From the NCBI GenBank assembly GCA_965205015.1, contig OZ242029.1:4512001-4576000 (forward strand): a DNA stretch of 64,000 nt, given 5' to 3'. The translations under genes and the position numbers were made by a program. This DNA is from Candidatus Poribacteria bacterium. GTDB taxonomy: Bacteria; Poribacteria; WGA-4E; WGA-3G. Under the pieces are notes generated by a model. That model was not told where the DNA came from, did no database searches, and saw only the letters and a program-made list of their open reading frames with translations. Position 1 is the first letter of the stretch; the number at the start of each line of letters is the position of its first letter. Positions 19,387-29,431 of the stretch are shown piece after piece.

Positions 19387-20718
19387 TTAGGTGTCTATCC
19401 ATCGCTGAATGTGTTCAACAAGTTCTTCTCGCGGAACGATCTGTTGCTCTCTGCTTTCGAGATTCCGTATTGCCACTGTGCCTGCCTCTAATTCGTCAGA
19501 GCCGAGAATAACGGCGTACGGGATACCTTTCGTATCGGCGTATTTTATCTGTGTGCTGATACGCGTCGGACGACTGTAGACCTCTGTACGGATACTGTCT
19601 TGGCGTAGAAGCGTCGCCAATTTCAGGGATTCTTGGGCGAGTTCAGCATCGAAAACAGTAACTAATACCTGTGTCACCGTTTTACCTACGGTCGCGGGAA
19701 ACATATCAAATTCTTCCATCACGTCTATAATCCGTTCAATACCGAAACTGGTACCAGTCGCTGGATATCCCTGCTTGCTGAAACTTCCAATGAGTTCATC
19801 ATATCTCCCGCCGCCGGTGATACTCCCAATCTTCGGTTCCTCAACAACGGTTTCGTAGATCGGACCGGTATAGTATTCCAAGCCACGCACCATTGAAACG
19901 TTAATCCGATAGAACTCGTCCGGCACCCCAAGCGTTTCGAGATAGCCATTGAGTTCTTCTAATTCCACAATACCCTCTCTCGCCACTTCGGAGTCTCCGA
20001 GTTGTTCATTGAGTGCGTTCAGCACCGTCGCTGTATCACCTTCAATCTGCAGCAGTGCGAGCAGTTTTTCAATGACGGGTTCCGGAATCTGATTTTCTGC
20101 TAATTCGTCCCTGACCGCCGAAAGTCCAATTTTATCTAATTTATCAATAGACCGATAGAGTCCACCGAGTTGCTCGTCTGGCACCCCGGCGAATTGCCCG
20201 ATCCCAGTGATTAATTTTCGGTCGTTGATATTAACCTCGAATTGCTCAAAACCGAGCCGAGTGAGCACCTGATAGATGAGATTAACATTTTCAGCATCAG
20301 CGAGCATACTCTCGGTTCCTACCGTATCCGCATCGCATTGGAAGAATTGGCGATAGCGTCCTTTTTGTGGACGTTCCGCTCGCCAGACAGGATCGATCTG
20401 GTATCGCTTAAACGGTTTCGGGAGTTGTGGATGCATAGCAATAACTCGACAGAGCGGCACCGAAAGGTCGTAACGGAGAGAGATGTCCTCTTTTCCACCT
20501 ACGTGCCCTGCCTGATAGATGAGTTTCTCAGCATCCGGTCCGTATTTGCCTGTGAGGACTTCAGACAACTCAAGCGCGGGTGTTTGCAAGGGTTCAAACC
20601 CGAATTCCTCGAACACGTCTCGAATCACATCAATCACATACTGTCTACGAATCATCTGCTCAGGCAAAATGTCTCGCATCCCGCGCGGGACGCGCGGTTT
20701 AATAAAAGGGGTTGCCAT
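19387..20718 (-). CDS. hisS: histidine--tRNA ligase
   Basis: PRGMRD, LRYDLSVP, WRAERPQKGRYRQFFQCD, RGLEYYTG, GGGRYD, anticodon-binding domain. Confidence 0.95.
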   Translation of the reverse strand: MATPFIKPRVPRGMRDILPEQMIRRQYVIDVIRDVFEEFGFEPLQTPALELSEVLTGKYGPDAEKLIYQAGHVGGKEDISLRYDLSVPLCRVIAMHPQLPKPFKRYQIDPVWRAERPQKGRYRQFFQCDADTVGTESMLADAENVNLIYQVLTRLGFEQFEVNINDRKLITGIGQFAGVPDEQLGGLYRSIDKLDKIGLSAVRDELAENQIPEPVIEKLLALLQIEGDTATVLNALNEQLGDSEVAREGIVELEELNGYLETLGVPDEFYRINVSMVRGLEYYTGPIYETVVEEPKIGSITGGGRYDELIGSFSKQGYPATGTSFGIERIIDVMEEFDMFPATVGKTVTQVLVTVFDAELAQESLKLATLLRQDSIRTEVYSRPTRISTQIKYADTKGIPYAVILGSDELEAGTVAIRNLESREQQIVPREELVEHIQRWIDT

Positions 20719-20730
20719 AAGTTCGGCTCC

Positions 20731-21510
20731 TTAAATGTGCCCGGGGAGTGCCTGACTCCGCCGTCTTCGCAAACCTTTTTGGAGGGTCTGCTTCAGTTCT
20801 TCAATCTTCTCCCGTTTCCATGAATCCCTGAGTGCCTTTGGATTCGCAATGAGAGAAGATTCAGTCTCGCGCAGCAGTTCAACCACCTTGAGATTATTTG
20901 CCTTGATTGTACGCCGAGATGAAGTCGAATTGTCAATGATAGCATCCGCTTCCTCAGGAGGTTTCCCTTCAGTGGCACCGAAAGACAACATGAGTGTAAT
21001 GGGGGACTGATAAGTACCAGGAGTGTTAAGCCGCTTCCACGGTGTCAAAATCGTAGGTGCGACCTTATTTCCCGTTTTTTGAAGGATATATTTCTCGGAG
21101 ATATTTAAATATTCAGTGGAAATTCGAATGTTTCTACCCGAGAAATTCATCAAATCGTCAAACGTGTTAATGTCATCGCGTTCTTCACGAACAGCGAGGA
21201 GAATATCCATACGTCCGTATTCCAAAGGCAAGATTTCCTCAACATCCGCGTCAGTTTCTTCGACCCAATCTTGACCCGTAATTCCGACATCGTAGAAGTC
21301 ATCCATACCGACATAGACGGGTATCTCTTGGGGACGCGAAATTTTGATTTGAAATTCGTTGTCGTTGCGGAAGGTCGCGCGATAAGACCTATCCGTTTCG
21401 GTATAACCGTTGAGTTCGTAACCGGCGCGCTGAAACATCTCAAGCGTATCCGTCTGTAGACTCCCTTTCGGTAAAAGTAGTTTCAGCGTCCTTTGTGATT
21501 CCGTTTGCAT
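20731..21510 (-). CDS. hisG: ATP phosphoribosyltransferase, short form
   Basis: LPKGSL, RPQEIP, DVGITGQDW, STEY, FGATE; no C-terminal regulatory domain. Confidence 0.85.
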   Translation of the reverse strand: MQTESQRTLKLLLPKGSLQTDTLEMFQRAGYELNGYTETDRSYRATFRNDNEFQIKISRPQEIPVYVGMDDFYDVGITGQDWVEETDADVEEILPLEYGRMDILLAVREERDDINTFDDLMNFSGRNIRISTEYLNISEKYILQKTGNKVAPTILTPWKRLNTPGTYQSPITLMLSFGATEGKPPEEADAIIDNSTSSRRTIKANNLKVVELLRETESSLIANPKALRDSWKREKIEELKQTLQKGLRRRRSQALPGHI

Positions 21511-21548
21511 TATAAATTCTCCTTCTCCTATAAAGTACTGGGAAGTAT

Positions 21549-22988
21549 TCATAGAAGATCTTCAACAGTGACCACTTGTTTATCGCCCGTTTTGATTTGA
21601 ATTCTACACATCGGTTCATCGGAGACCAAACGGAGCAGATACTTATAATTCGCTTGGCTGGCGTACTCCTGCTGTGCCTGTAGATCACGCTCCATCAAGT
21701 CTACCTCAACGTTTTTACCCGATTTCCGCAGCGTTTCTGCGAGTCGTTGTGCTTCAGCAATGCCTTCGGGCGTTTCTGCTGCGATGAAGTAGTCTCTTTT
21801 CCCGTTAACAGGGGTTGCCTCGTTTGTGTCAGTAAAGGCTTCCACAAGTGCGTCAAATTGAAACGCAAATCCAGCACCAGGTATCGACGGACCTCCGAAG
21901 GAAGCGATCAGGTTGTCGTATCTTCCACCACCACAGAGTGGTAAACGTTTTTCAGGCAATTCGATTTGAAAAACCGTACCGGTATAGAAATCGAACCCGC
22001 GTGTGATACCTAAATTGATTTCAAAATCTGTAATACCGTAGTTTTCCAGACAGGCACAGAGGACAAGTAGTTCTTGACGTGCTGCTTGCGCTGTATCGCC
22101 GAGACGCGTCTCCCACGCTGTCATCACAGTGTCCTTATCGCCACAAATCCTTGAGACATCTATACAACACTGCGCCATATCTTCGGAAACATTGAAATAA
22201 CGGTGCCATCTCGCCTTATAAGTCTCCTCAGCAATCGTTGGCAGTTGCTCCGCAACGGCGGGGGCAGTGCTTTCGGTTAATCCCCGAATCGAGGCGGTTT
22301 CAATTTTGTAATTGCCTTGGTAGTCAGCTCCTTGCAGACGACGCAGCATCGTAAGCGCATCTTGCAGCGTTTCCAGATCCCACAGTTTACTTTCGTTACG
22401 GAGACTTACAAGATGGTCAATATCCCAAATCATTTCTGCTTGGTCTTTCGGATCCAAGGCACCCTGTTTGAAAATCTCGCGAAAAACGCCTGTATTGCCA
22501 ATTCTTAACTTCGTATGTGAGACGTTGAGTCTCTCAAGGACTCGGATCGGAATCGTAATAATTTCAGCATCTGCATGGACGGAAGCCGGTCCAATAAGTT
22601 CAACACCTGCCTGCCGGAATTCCCGCTTTACTTCGGCACCATCGGTAATCGGTTCCTGTCGGACACATTGTCCGATATAGTAGAGTTTATACGGATAAGG
22701 GAGATGTTTCAGTTCACCATTAGCGATGAGTCTACAGACAGGTGCGGTCAACTCAGGTCTCAGCGCATAATCCACCCGATCCGAACCGACGAACGTGAAC
22801 ATCTTGTGCCGGATCTCTTCGCCAGATTGCGCAGATAATAGGGCAAAGGCTTCAAACAGTGGGGTCTGGACCTGTGCGTATCCATAAGTTTCAAAGGTTT
22901 CGCGAACGATGTTTTCAACGAAATTTCGCTGAACCATCTGATCGGGTAGAAAATCGTTCGTTCCAGCAGGTTTCTCAAACTTTTCCAT
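21549..22988 (-). CDS. hisZ: ATP phosphoribosyltransferase regulatory subunit (HisRS paralog)
   Basis: LRPELTAP, REFRQAGVELIG, FYTG, GGGRYD; lies next to short hisG. Confidence 0.8.
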   Translation of the reverse strand: MEKFEKPAGTNDFLPDQMVQRNFVENIVRETFETYGYAQVQTPLFEAFALLSAQSGEEIRHKMFTFVGSDRVDYALRPELTAPVCRLIANGELKHLPYPYKLYYIGQCVRQEPITDGAEVKREFRQAGVELIGPASVHADAEIITIPIRVLERLNVSHTKLRIGNTGVFREIFKQGALDPKDQAEMIWDIDHLVSLRNESKLWDLETLQDALTMLRRLQGADYQGNYKIETASIRGLTESTAPAVAEQLPTIAEETYKARWHRYFNVSEDMAQCCIDVSRICGDKDTVMTAWETRLGDTAQAARQELLVLCACLENYGITDFEINLGITRGFDFYTGTVFQIELPEKRLPLCGGGRYDNLIASFGGPSIPGAGFAFQFDALVEAFTDTNEATPVNGKRDYFIAAETPEGIAEAQRLAETLRKSGKNVEVDLMERDLQAQQEYASQANYKYLLRLVSDEPMCRIQIKTGDKQVVTVEDLL

Positions 22989-23017
22989 ATTTTAATTTTT
23001 CCTTACGGTAAAATGTC

Positions 23018-23103
23018 AAAAAAAAAACCCAGTAAACAGCTTACTCTTTTTCTCGCGCGCATCGACAACGCGGCACGGAGGAGAGCGGCTCGTTTACCAG
23101 GGT
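23018..23103 (-). terminator. attenuator terminator of the his leader
   Basis: CCCUGGUAAACGAGC...GCUGUUUACUGGG followed by U10, about 30 nt before the hisZ start. Confidence 0.75.
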
Positions 23104-23166
23104 CCAAACAAGTTAAACTTGCTTCGTATCTAAAGGTATTTATTCATTTCCCATCATCCGCTCTAC

Positions 23167-23220
23167 TCAGAAATCGACCGAATGATGGTGATGGATATTC
23201 AATGTATTCGCGTTACACAT
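23167..23220 (-). CDS. hisL: his operon leader peptide MCNANTLNIHHHHSVDF
   Basis: ATG...CAT CAC CAT CAT...TGA between a consensus promoter and a terminator upstream of hisZ. Confidence 0.8.
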   Translation of the reverse strand: MCNANTLNIHHHHSVDF

Positions 23221-23317
23221 TTTTCATTTTCGCTCGCAATGTCGGGTCCCCACCCGTTACTCGGAAGGGGTCAAACTCAATATTAAAAAGTCAGTGATTT
23301 TAATTTAATTTAATGAT

Positions 23318-23346
23318 ATTATACCTCATTGAAAGATGAATGTCAA
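23318..23346 (-). promoter_or_regulatory. sigma70-type promoter of the his operon
   Basis: TTGACA-17 nt-TATAAT. Confidence 0.85.
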
Positions 23347-23374
23347 ATTTTTTTAGAGACCACCGAACAACACA

Positions 23375-25006
23375 ATGCAAATTAAACCTATTTACATCAT
23401 CTCTATCCTCGGTTTCCTGCTATCGGTACTCCTCTGCGGTATCTACTTTCAATTTTCCTACTTTGAACCGGACACCGTCTCGTATCTATTCCAAGCAAAG
23501 TTGTTCACCGAGGGTAAACTCTCGGTGCCAGCGCCTCCGGAACACGGGTTCTCCTCTTCCCCACATATCAACGTTCTAAACGGGAAATGGTATTCAAAAT
23601 ATCCATTCGGAAACGCCTTGATGCTGATGTTCGGTGTATTTATCAATGCCCCGTGGCTGATTCCGGCACTCGCAACGGGGGGCGCGCTGCTGCTGCTCTA
23701 TCTTTTTGTGAAAGAGATATACGGGAACATCCATCCCGGAATGGCACTCACTGCCGCGGTGCTCGCTCTCATTTCGCCAGCGACACTTGGGATGGGTTCG
23801 ACCTGGTTCAGCGAGCCCGTGAGTCGTTTCTATCTTTCGCTTTATCTCCTTACACTCCTCAGGACGCTGAATTGCCAAAAGGATGCCTCTCTCCTCGCAC
23901 GGGTCGGTTACCCACTGCTCTCAGGGTTTTCGTTGGGATACGCGTTCAATACACGCCCACTCTCGGCAGTCGTCTTTGGTGTTGTCGGCGCAGGGTTAAC
24001 ACTTTACCACCTGTTTACCCAATGGCACCATCGACACGAAGCGGTGCAAGCGGTGCCCTCTACCATAAAACGCTTAGGGTTCTTCTTTATTCCATTCGTT
24101 GTGATGCTTGGCGTGTGCATGTCATGGAACGCACATTTCACGGAAGAGCCGCTCATGTTTACACATACGGTCGCGCAGCCTTATGACAAAATCGGTTTCG
24201 GTGTTCGCACAGAAGGTTACGAACCTAATCTTGAACGGGCGTTTATTTTTACACCGGCATGGGCGATCGAAAGGACCTGGCGACACATCCTCCCGAGCAT
24301 CAGCTTTAACGCGCTCGGTTGGGGGAGCTATCACCACGATTTGTTGAAGGACATAAAATTATCAGTGACGTGGTTCGTCGCCTTTGTGCCGTTAATTCTG
24401 CCGTGGGTTCTGGTCTTTATACCTTTCTTCCACCGCTCGCGCAACAGATACGATGTGTTCTGTTTGTCCCTACTCGTCGCCAACTTGCTGCTTTACGCCT
24501 TCTTCTACTTTGAGGGTTCGACGTGGGGATTCACGCCTGTGAATGCTCGCTATTACACTGAGTCAACTTTTCTTGCGTTCATCCCATTAGCGGCGCGCGG
24601 AATATGTATCCTCAATGAACGGTTCAAACCGTTCCAAAGACGCGGGCTTGCGATTGGTGTCGGGATATGTTTTCTGTTGCTGAGCGTTAACGTGGTGTGG
24701 AGTTATGTCCGCATTGGGAAGGTGTACCAGAATTGGAGTCCTGTCTATCAGAAACTGCCACCGATGGTAGCGGAGCGGGATATTCACAATGCCGTTATTT
24801 TCGTGGCGCAACACCGAGGCGCGCCGATTGGCGATTATCCGTTTAAGGCTCTCCAAGAGGCGGACATTGTCTACTTCAAACTCGGTCCCGCACCCCGGTG
24901 GAAACTCACAAATAGTGACTGGCAGAATGTCTATGCCCAATATTTCACGGGTCGGAACGCCTATCTGTACGTGCCTCGTGAAAACAGCCTTACACATTTA
25001 AAATAA
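23375..25006 (+). CDS. GT-C fold (ArnT/PMT-like) polytopic membrane glycosyltransferase
   Basis: EPDxxxYLFQA, YSKYP.G, NTRP, RYY motifs; many TM helices. Confidence 0.7.
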   Translation: MQIKPIYIISILGFLLSVLLCGIYFQFSYFEPDTVSYLFQAKLFTEGKLSVPAPPEHGFSSSPHINVLNGKWYSKYPFGNALMLMFGVFINAPWLIPALATGGALLLLYLFVKEIYGNIHPGMALTAAVLALISPATLGMGSTWFSEPVSRFYLSLYLLTLLRTLNCQKDASLLARVGYPLLSGFSLGYAFNTRPLSAVVFGVVGAGLTLYHLFTQWHHRHEAVQAVPSTIKRLGFFFIPFVVMLGVCMSWNAHFTEEPLMFTHTVAQPYDKIGFGVRTEGYEPNLERAFIFTPAWAIERTWRHILPSISFNALGWGSYHHDLLKDIKLSVTWFVAFVPLILPWVLVFIPFFHRSRNRYDVFCLSLLVANLLLYAFFYFEGSTWGFTPVNARYYTESTFLAFIPLAARGICILNERFKPFQRRGLAIGVGICFLLLSVNVVWSYVRIGKVYQNWSPVYQKLPPMVAERDIHNAVIFVAQHRGAPIGDYPFKALQEADIVYFKLGPAPRWKLTNSDWQNVYAQYFTGRNAYLYVPRENSLTHLK

Positions 25007-25042
25007 GCGTAAGACCTTCGCCTATCGCTATAGAGCAAGAAC

Positions 25043-26152
25043 CTACATTACCTGTTCCAAAATGACAATATCCCCAGGGTTCCACGATTGCGCAATGATG
25101 TAAAGTTTACCGTCAATCTTACGGATCACAGCGCCGTGTAGATGCTGGAAAGTCTCCACACCCAACTCCTCTTTTAGCATAACCGTTGAGACAAGGTTGT
25201 TGCCCTCCAAGATGTAGAGCGGCGCGCCTTTCTCTTTATTCGGTCCGAAGAGACATGCGACGACAGCATATCCTGCTTCGTAGTCAATGCTACAGGGGAA
25301 TGATCCTTTGATAAGGAAGAGTGTTTCCAAGTAGGTACCATCTGGGGAATAACGTTCAATTTCTGCGTTTGCCCGATCGGAAGCATCCAATCGCTGTGTG
25401 CCGTAAGGCACTGTAATGTGGTGTCCTGTACCGAATTGCCCCGGTTCATCACCTTTACCGCCGAATGCCAACGGATACCAACTCGCCTCAAGCGGTTCAA
25501 GGCTTGTGAGTTTCACTCCCAGAATATAATCCAAATCGGAGTACCCAGTCGTAACGTAAAGCATTCCATCAATATGCGTGATACCGGTGGGTACGAACTT
25601 CCCACCCTCACTGAAATAGGTGTTAACTGCCTGATTCTTGAAATCGGTCATTGCGTCCGGAGCTTCCAGTGTATGAACGAGCTTCCCCTCCATCGTCGTC
25701 GTGAAAATTTTGCCGACATCGTCTGCCGGGAAGGAGAGGTAAGATGCCCCGGTAGAGGTGGTCCAGACGGTTGTGTAGTGGGCATTGGCTTTTTTCAGCG
25801 CAGGAGGGGTCTCAATGCGTCGCGTCGTCTTCAGATCTGCACTGATCTGGATGATGCCGACACCAGGGAGCGCAAAATAGGTTTCACCTTTCCCTTCCCG
25901 TCGGTCTACGTCAAACCCACCGTGTGCTTCATCAATTGCGGGGACGACTTCTGGCGGAAAATGGTCGCGCGTATAGAGGACCTTGAACTTCAGCGCGCCT
26001 TGCCCACTGGTTAGCTTCATGTCAGGTGCTTCATGATGCGCTACAAACTGGAAATTTCCTGTTCCTGTTGGAGGGTGTTCTGTTACATGCGCAGAAACAC
26101 CTCCAATTATTATAAAGGTAACGGCAAAAATTAAAACGACAACCCGTTTCAT
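25043..26152 (-). CDS. secreted hypothetical protein, probably NHL-like propeller
   Basis: Signal peptide; FGGKGDEPGQFGTGH and SDRAN resemble NHL blades. Confidence 0.6.
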   Translation of the reverse strand: MKRVVVLIFAVTFIIIGGVSAHVTEHPPTGTGNFQFVAHHEAPDMKLTSGQGALKFKVLYTRDHFPPEVVPAIDEAHGGFDVDRREGKGETYFALPGVGIIQISADLKTTRRIETPPALKKANAHYTTVWTTSTGASYLSFPADDVGKIFTTTMEGKLVHTLEAPDAMTDFKNQAVNTYFSEGGKFVPTGITHIDGMLYVTTGYSDLDYILGVKLTSLEPLEASWYPLAFGGKGDEPGQFGTGHHITVPYGTQRLDASDRANAEIERYSPDGTYLETLFLIKGSFPCSIDYEAGYAVVACLFGPNKEKGAPLYILEGNNLVSTVMLKEELGVETFQHLHGAVIRKIDGKLYIIAQSWNPGDIVILEQVM

Positions 26153-26165
26153 CTAAATCTCCTCT

Positions 26166-26939
26166 CTATGCTTGTATCATCGCTCGAAACTTTTTGGTAA
26201 ACTCGCAACTGCGCGCAATACTCGCGACATCTTCCATCTTGTACTGGACAACGAGCGGACCTGAAAAACCGATCTCCTTCAAGCCTTGCGCAAACGTCTC
26301 AAAATCGAAAACGCCGCCACCCGGTTCCCCGCGGTTACTTCCCGATACATGGACATCACCGAGGCACGCCTTCATGGCGTGCGCCGCCGTGTGCGGTTCA
26401 GCCCCATCGTTGAAAAGATGATACGTATCACACGTCAGATAGACCTGCAGGCCCGTATCCTCAATGAATGCCACACCCTCGCGATAGTTATCAAGCGGAC
26501 ACCCCTTCTCAAACTCAAGTGCAATCTTCATCCCGTTTTCATTGCAAGCGGGTATCATCTGAGACAGGCTATCGGCAAGTGCGTCCAGAGATTCCTGTCT
26601 CGACACACCTTCGGACGGATTCACCCATACCCCAATGACTTCAGCATCGAATCGGCGTGCAACCTCAAGGACGATCTCAAAGTGCTGCAACGCTTCAGTT
26701 TTTCGGGCGGGTGTTGTTAAGATATGATTGCCGAATCCAATCGTTGGGGCAACGAGATTGTGTTTCTCGGCGAGGTTAACCGCGTCATCTATCTCCGCAG
26801 CCGAGAGTTCACCGAGAAAACCGGAATTCACAGGAATGTTGATACCCTCGTAGCCTGCATCGGCGACAAGGTCAAAAATCTTGGCACGTGTGAATCTACC
26901 CAATGTGCCAGAATACGGGTCATAACAGATAGTTAGCAT
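26166..26939 (-). CDS. sugar phosphate isomerase/epimerase (AP_endonuc_2 TIM barrel)
   Basis: ALEF, DTYH, VHVSGSNRGEPG.G motifs. Confidence 0.8.
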   Translation of the reverse strand: MLTICYDPYSGTLGRFTRAKIFDLVADAGYEGINIPVNSGFLGELSAAEIDDAVNLAEKHNLVAPTIGFGNHILTTPARKTEALQHFEIVLEVARRFDAEVIGVWVNPSEGVSRQESLDALADSLSQMIPACNENGMKIALEFEKGCPLDNYREGVAFIEDTGLQVYLTCDTYHLFNDGAEPHTAAHAMKACLGDVHVSGSNRGEPGGGVFDFETFAQGLKEIGFSGPLVVQYKMEDVASIARSCEFTKKFRAMIQA

Positions 26940-26989
26940 TTTTTCCTACACAGATACCGCCCCCTACGGGGCTTGAATTGATTGTCAAA

Positions 26990-27220
26990 TTATTCAGAAT
27001 CGCTTCTTCCATCGGTTTCTTTTGATAAGGGATATGGATCTTCTTTTGTCAGTTCACCATTGGGGAGTTCATAGTAGAGGTGCCCATTGAAATCATAGAC
27101 GTTCGGAATCCCTTTTTTACGGTTTTCCTCTTGGGCTCTTTTGACGGCGCGATTACCAATCCTCAGGAACTCAAGTGTTTCTTCATAAATATCAACAGAA
27201 TCTAATTTGTCGTTGCGCAT
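26990..27220 (-). CDS. small protein coupled to zeta toxin (putative antitoxin)
   Basis: RAVKRAQEENRKKGIPNVY, typical of zeta/AAA partners; overlaps the upstream stop. Confidence 0.65.
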   Translation of the reverse strand: MRNDKLDSVDIYEETLEFLRIGNRAVKRAQEENRKKGIPNVYDFNGHLYYELPNGELTKEDPYPLSKETDGRSDSE

Positions 27221-27807
27221 TATGCACCTCCATTGCGAATATTTTGCATGAACAATTCAAAGAAATGTTCGTTTATTACCTTAATCTCATTGCCCTTACC
27301 AACGACGGTTTCCTGAAAGTGTTCCGCAGAGTTGTAAAACAAATGCCACCTATCTACCATATCTTTATAGATATACCAAAAATTGTGCTTGCTCCGATAA
27401 AAACGACGCACGACATCTTCTGTTGGCACATGGTGTCCACCCGCGCTCACTCGATTTCGTACCCGGGCAACGCATGTGTCAGCGGATTTGAGAAAAATAA
27501 AGACAATCGTGATTGTATATCCAGCACGTTTCAATTGGGAGATGATTCTCGTAAATCCTTTTCCTGAGAGTGTTACCTCAACGGCAAAGTCTTTCTCTGC
27601 TTCAATCAGCTCATGGATCTCTTTTATAAAGAGACGTCCGGCTTGAATTTTGACGCTGCCCATGTCCTCTGGTCTGGATACCAGTCTTTCCGCGATTGCA
27701 TCGGCACTGATGTATTCGGAAATCACTGAGTCGCGAAGATATTCACGAGCAAACGTCGTTTTGCCAGAACCGTTTGGACCCGCTACGACTATCACATTTT
27801 TCGACAA
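27220..27807 (-). CDS. zeta toxin family P-loop protein
   Basis: AGPNGSGKTT, ADAIA, E.TLSG, RVRNRVSAGGHHVP..VVRRF. Confidence 0.85.
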   Translation of the reverse strand: MSKNVIVVAGPNGSGKTTFAREYLRDSVISEYISADAIAERLVSRPEDMGSVKIQAGRLFIKEIHELIEAEKDFAVEVTLSGKGFTRIISQLKRAGYTITIVFIFLKSADTCVARVRNRVSAGGHHVPTEDVVRRFYRSKHNFWYIYKDMVDRWHLFYNSAEHFQETVVGKGNEIKVINEHFFELFMQNIRNGGA

Positions 27808-27825
27808 AGTTTACCTTCCTAATTT

Positions 27826-27853
27826 CGGTGCAGTTAGGAAACCGCACCTACCG
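27826..27853 (-). repeat. GTAG-type REP palindrome
   Basis: CGGTAGGTGCGGTTTCCTAACTGCACCG. Confidence 0.65.
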
Positions 27854-27862
27854 CGGGCTGGG

Positions 27863-29152
27863 TTACTTCTTGTTCAGACAGCACTGCTTATATTTCCGTC
27901 CACTCCCGCAGGGACACGGCGAGTTTCGTCCGATTTTCCGTGAACCTATTGGTGTATTAGTGCTTATTTTTTCTTGCTGACGCTGGCGCAAGATCGGCAT
28001 AATACTATTCGCAGGTCGTCCCGCTTGTAGTGCGGAAGCCATCATTTTCATCGGTTCGTCAATGTGATTGAAAAACTGCTTATAGCCAGCACAGAGATAG
28101 TTCAAGCCATCTTCACCCGTAGGTGTTTTGATGAATCGGTTCTTTGGGCAGCCACCGTTGCAAACGAACTTCACTTCGCAACTTCGACAGTATTCGGGCA
28201 GCGTATCGCGTTTATCGGTCCCGAATTTGCGTTGAAATGTTGAATCTACCATCTCGGCAATCGTGTTGTCCGCGATATTTCCGACGTGATAATCAGGCGT
28301 GACGTAATGGTCACAAGAGTAGAGGTCGCCGTTGTGCTCAATTGCGAGGGCATCCCCGCACGTTTCATTGAAAACACAGAGGCTCGGATTATAACCCAGC
28401 CATGCCTCCAGTGCGATATCGAAAATCTGGACGAAAACCCGTCCGATGTCGTTCACCACCCATTCATCAAAAATAGCGCAAAGGAATTTGCCGTATTGCC
28501 GCGCCGTGACGGAACGCGGGGACACATTCTTTCCATCGAAATGCTCGACCGCTGGAATAAACTGCATAAACTCTGCACCGAGTTCTTTGAAGTAGTTATA
28601 GACCTCCAGCGGATATTCAGCGTTGTGTTTATTGACAACGCAAAGTATATTGTAATCGACCCGATGCTCCTGCAAGACCCGCAACCCACGAATGACTTGT
28701 TCAGACGATGGCCTGCCGCGTTTGTCATACCGATATTTATCGTGAATTTCTGGCGGTCCGTCGATGCTGACCCCGATTAAAAATCTGTTCCGCTTGAACA
28801 ACTCCGCCCATTCATCATTGAGGAGGGTGGCATTTGTCTGAAACGTATTTTGGATCTGCATACCCGGGCGTCTATACTTCTGCTGATATCTGACTGCTTG
28901 TCGGAAGAAGTCCACCCCCATCAACGTCGGTTCTCCACCTTGCCATGCGAACGTGACTTCGTTGGTCTCCTGGGCGTCAATGTATTGCTTGATGTAGTTC
29001 TCCAAAATTTCGTCAGTCATGCGGAAGGAACGCGTTTCGGGATAGAGTTTCTCTTTATCGAGATAGAAGCAGTACTCGCAATCCAAATTGCATATTGGAC
29101 CGATCGGCTTTGTCATCACATGAAATGCGCGCGGTGTGTTATGTTGAACCAT
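27863..29152 (-). CDS. anaerobic sulfatase maturase (radical SAM/SPASM) with SEC-C motif
   Basis: CNLDCEYC, WQGGEPTL, YSCDH, CxxCxxxxxCxGGCPK, terminal CPCGSGRKYKQCC. Confidence 0.92.
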   Translation of the reverse strand: MVQHNTPRAFHVMTKPIGPICNLDCEYCFYLDKEKLYPETRSFRMTDEILENYIKQYIDAQETNEVTFAWQGGEPTLMGVDFFRQAVRYQQKYRRPGMQIQNTFQTNATLLNDEWAELFKRNRFLIGVSIDGPPEIHDKYRYDKRGRPSSEQVIRGLRVLQEHRVDYNILCVVNKHNAEYPLEVYNYFKELGAEFMQFIPAVEHFDGKNVSPRSVTARQYGKFLCAIFDEWVVNDIGRVFVQIFDIALEAWLGYNPSLCVFNETCGDALAIEHNGDLYSCDHYVTPDYHVGNIADNTIAEMVDSTFQRKFGTDKRDTLPEYCRSCEVKFVCNGGCPKNRFIKTPTGEDGLNYLCAGYKQFFNHIDEPMKMMASALQAGRPANSIMPILRQRQQEKISTNTPIGSRKIGRNSPCPCGSGRKYKQCCLNKK

Positions 29153-29431
29153 CTGATTGTCCTCTTTTCACCTTAACCTTGTAACATAGAGCTTCCAAAG
29201 ATGTCTTAAAGTTTAGCATATTCCACGTGAATCTACAAGAAAATTTGTCGCGCTCAAATTTAGGTGGGCTGCGCTCTTCTTTCCCGTAGAAAAGCATCTG
29301 CTAAAAAAGGAAAAATGTGATATAATATTTTGTACAGAGGGATACAGAAAAACCTATTCACCTGACATTTCAAATTAAGATTTTGTGTCCGATAAGATTT
29401 TGGGCATTTCGTATTTGATGGAGGCGTTAAA

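Noticed and set aside
23018-23300. T-box riboswitch for hisS
   Set aside because: Only UGGACC is present, not the UGGNACC bulge in a T-box context, and no stem I is recognisable; the His4 leader explains the region better.
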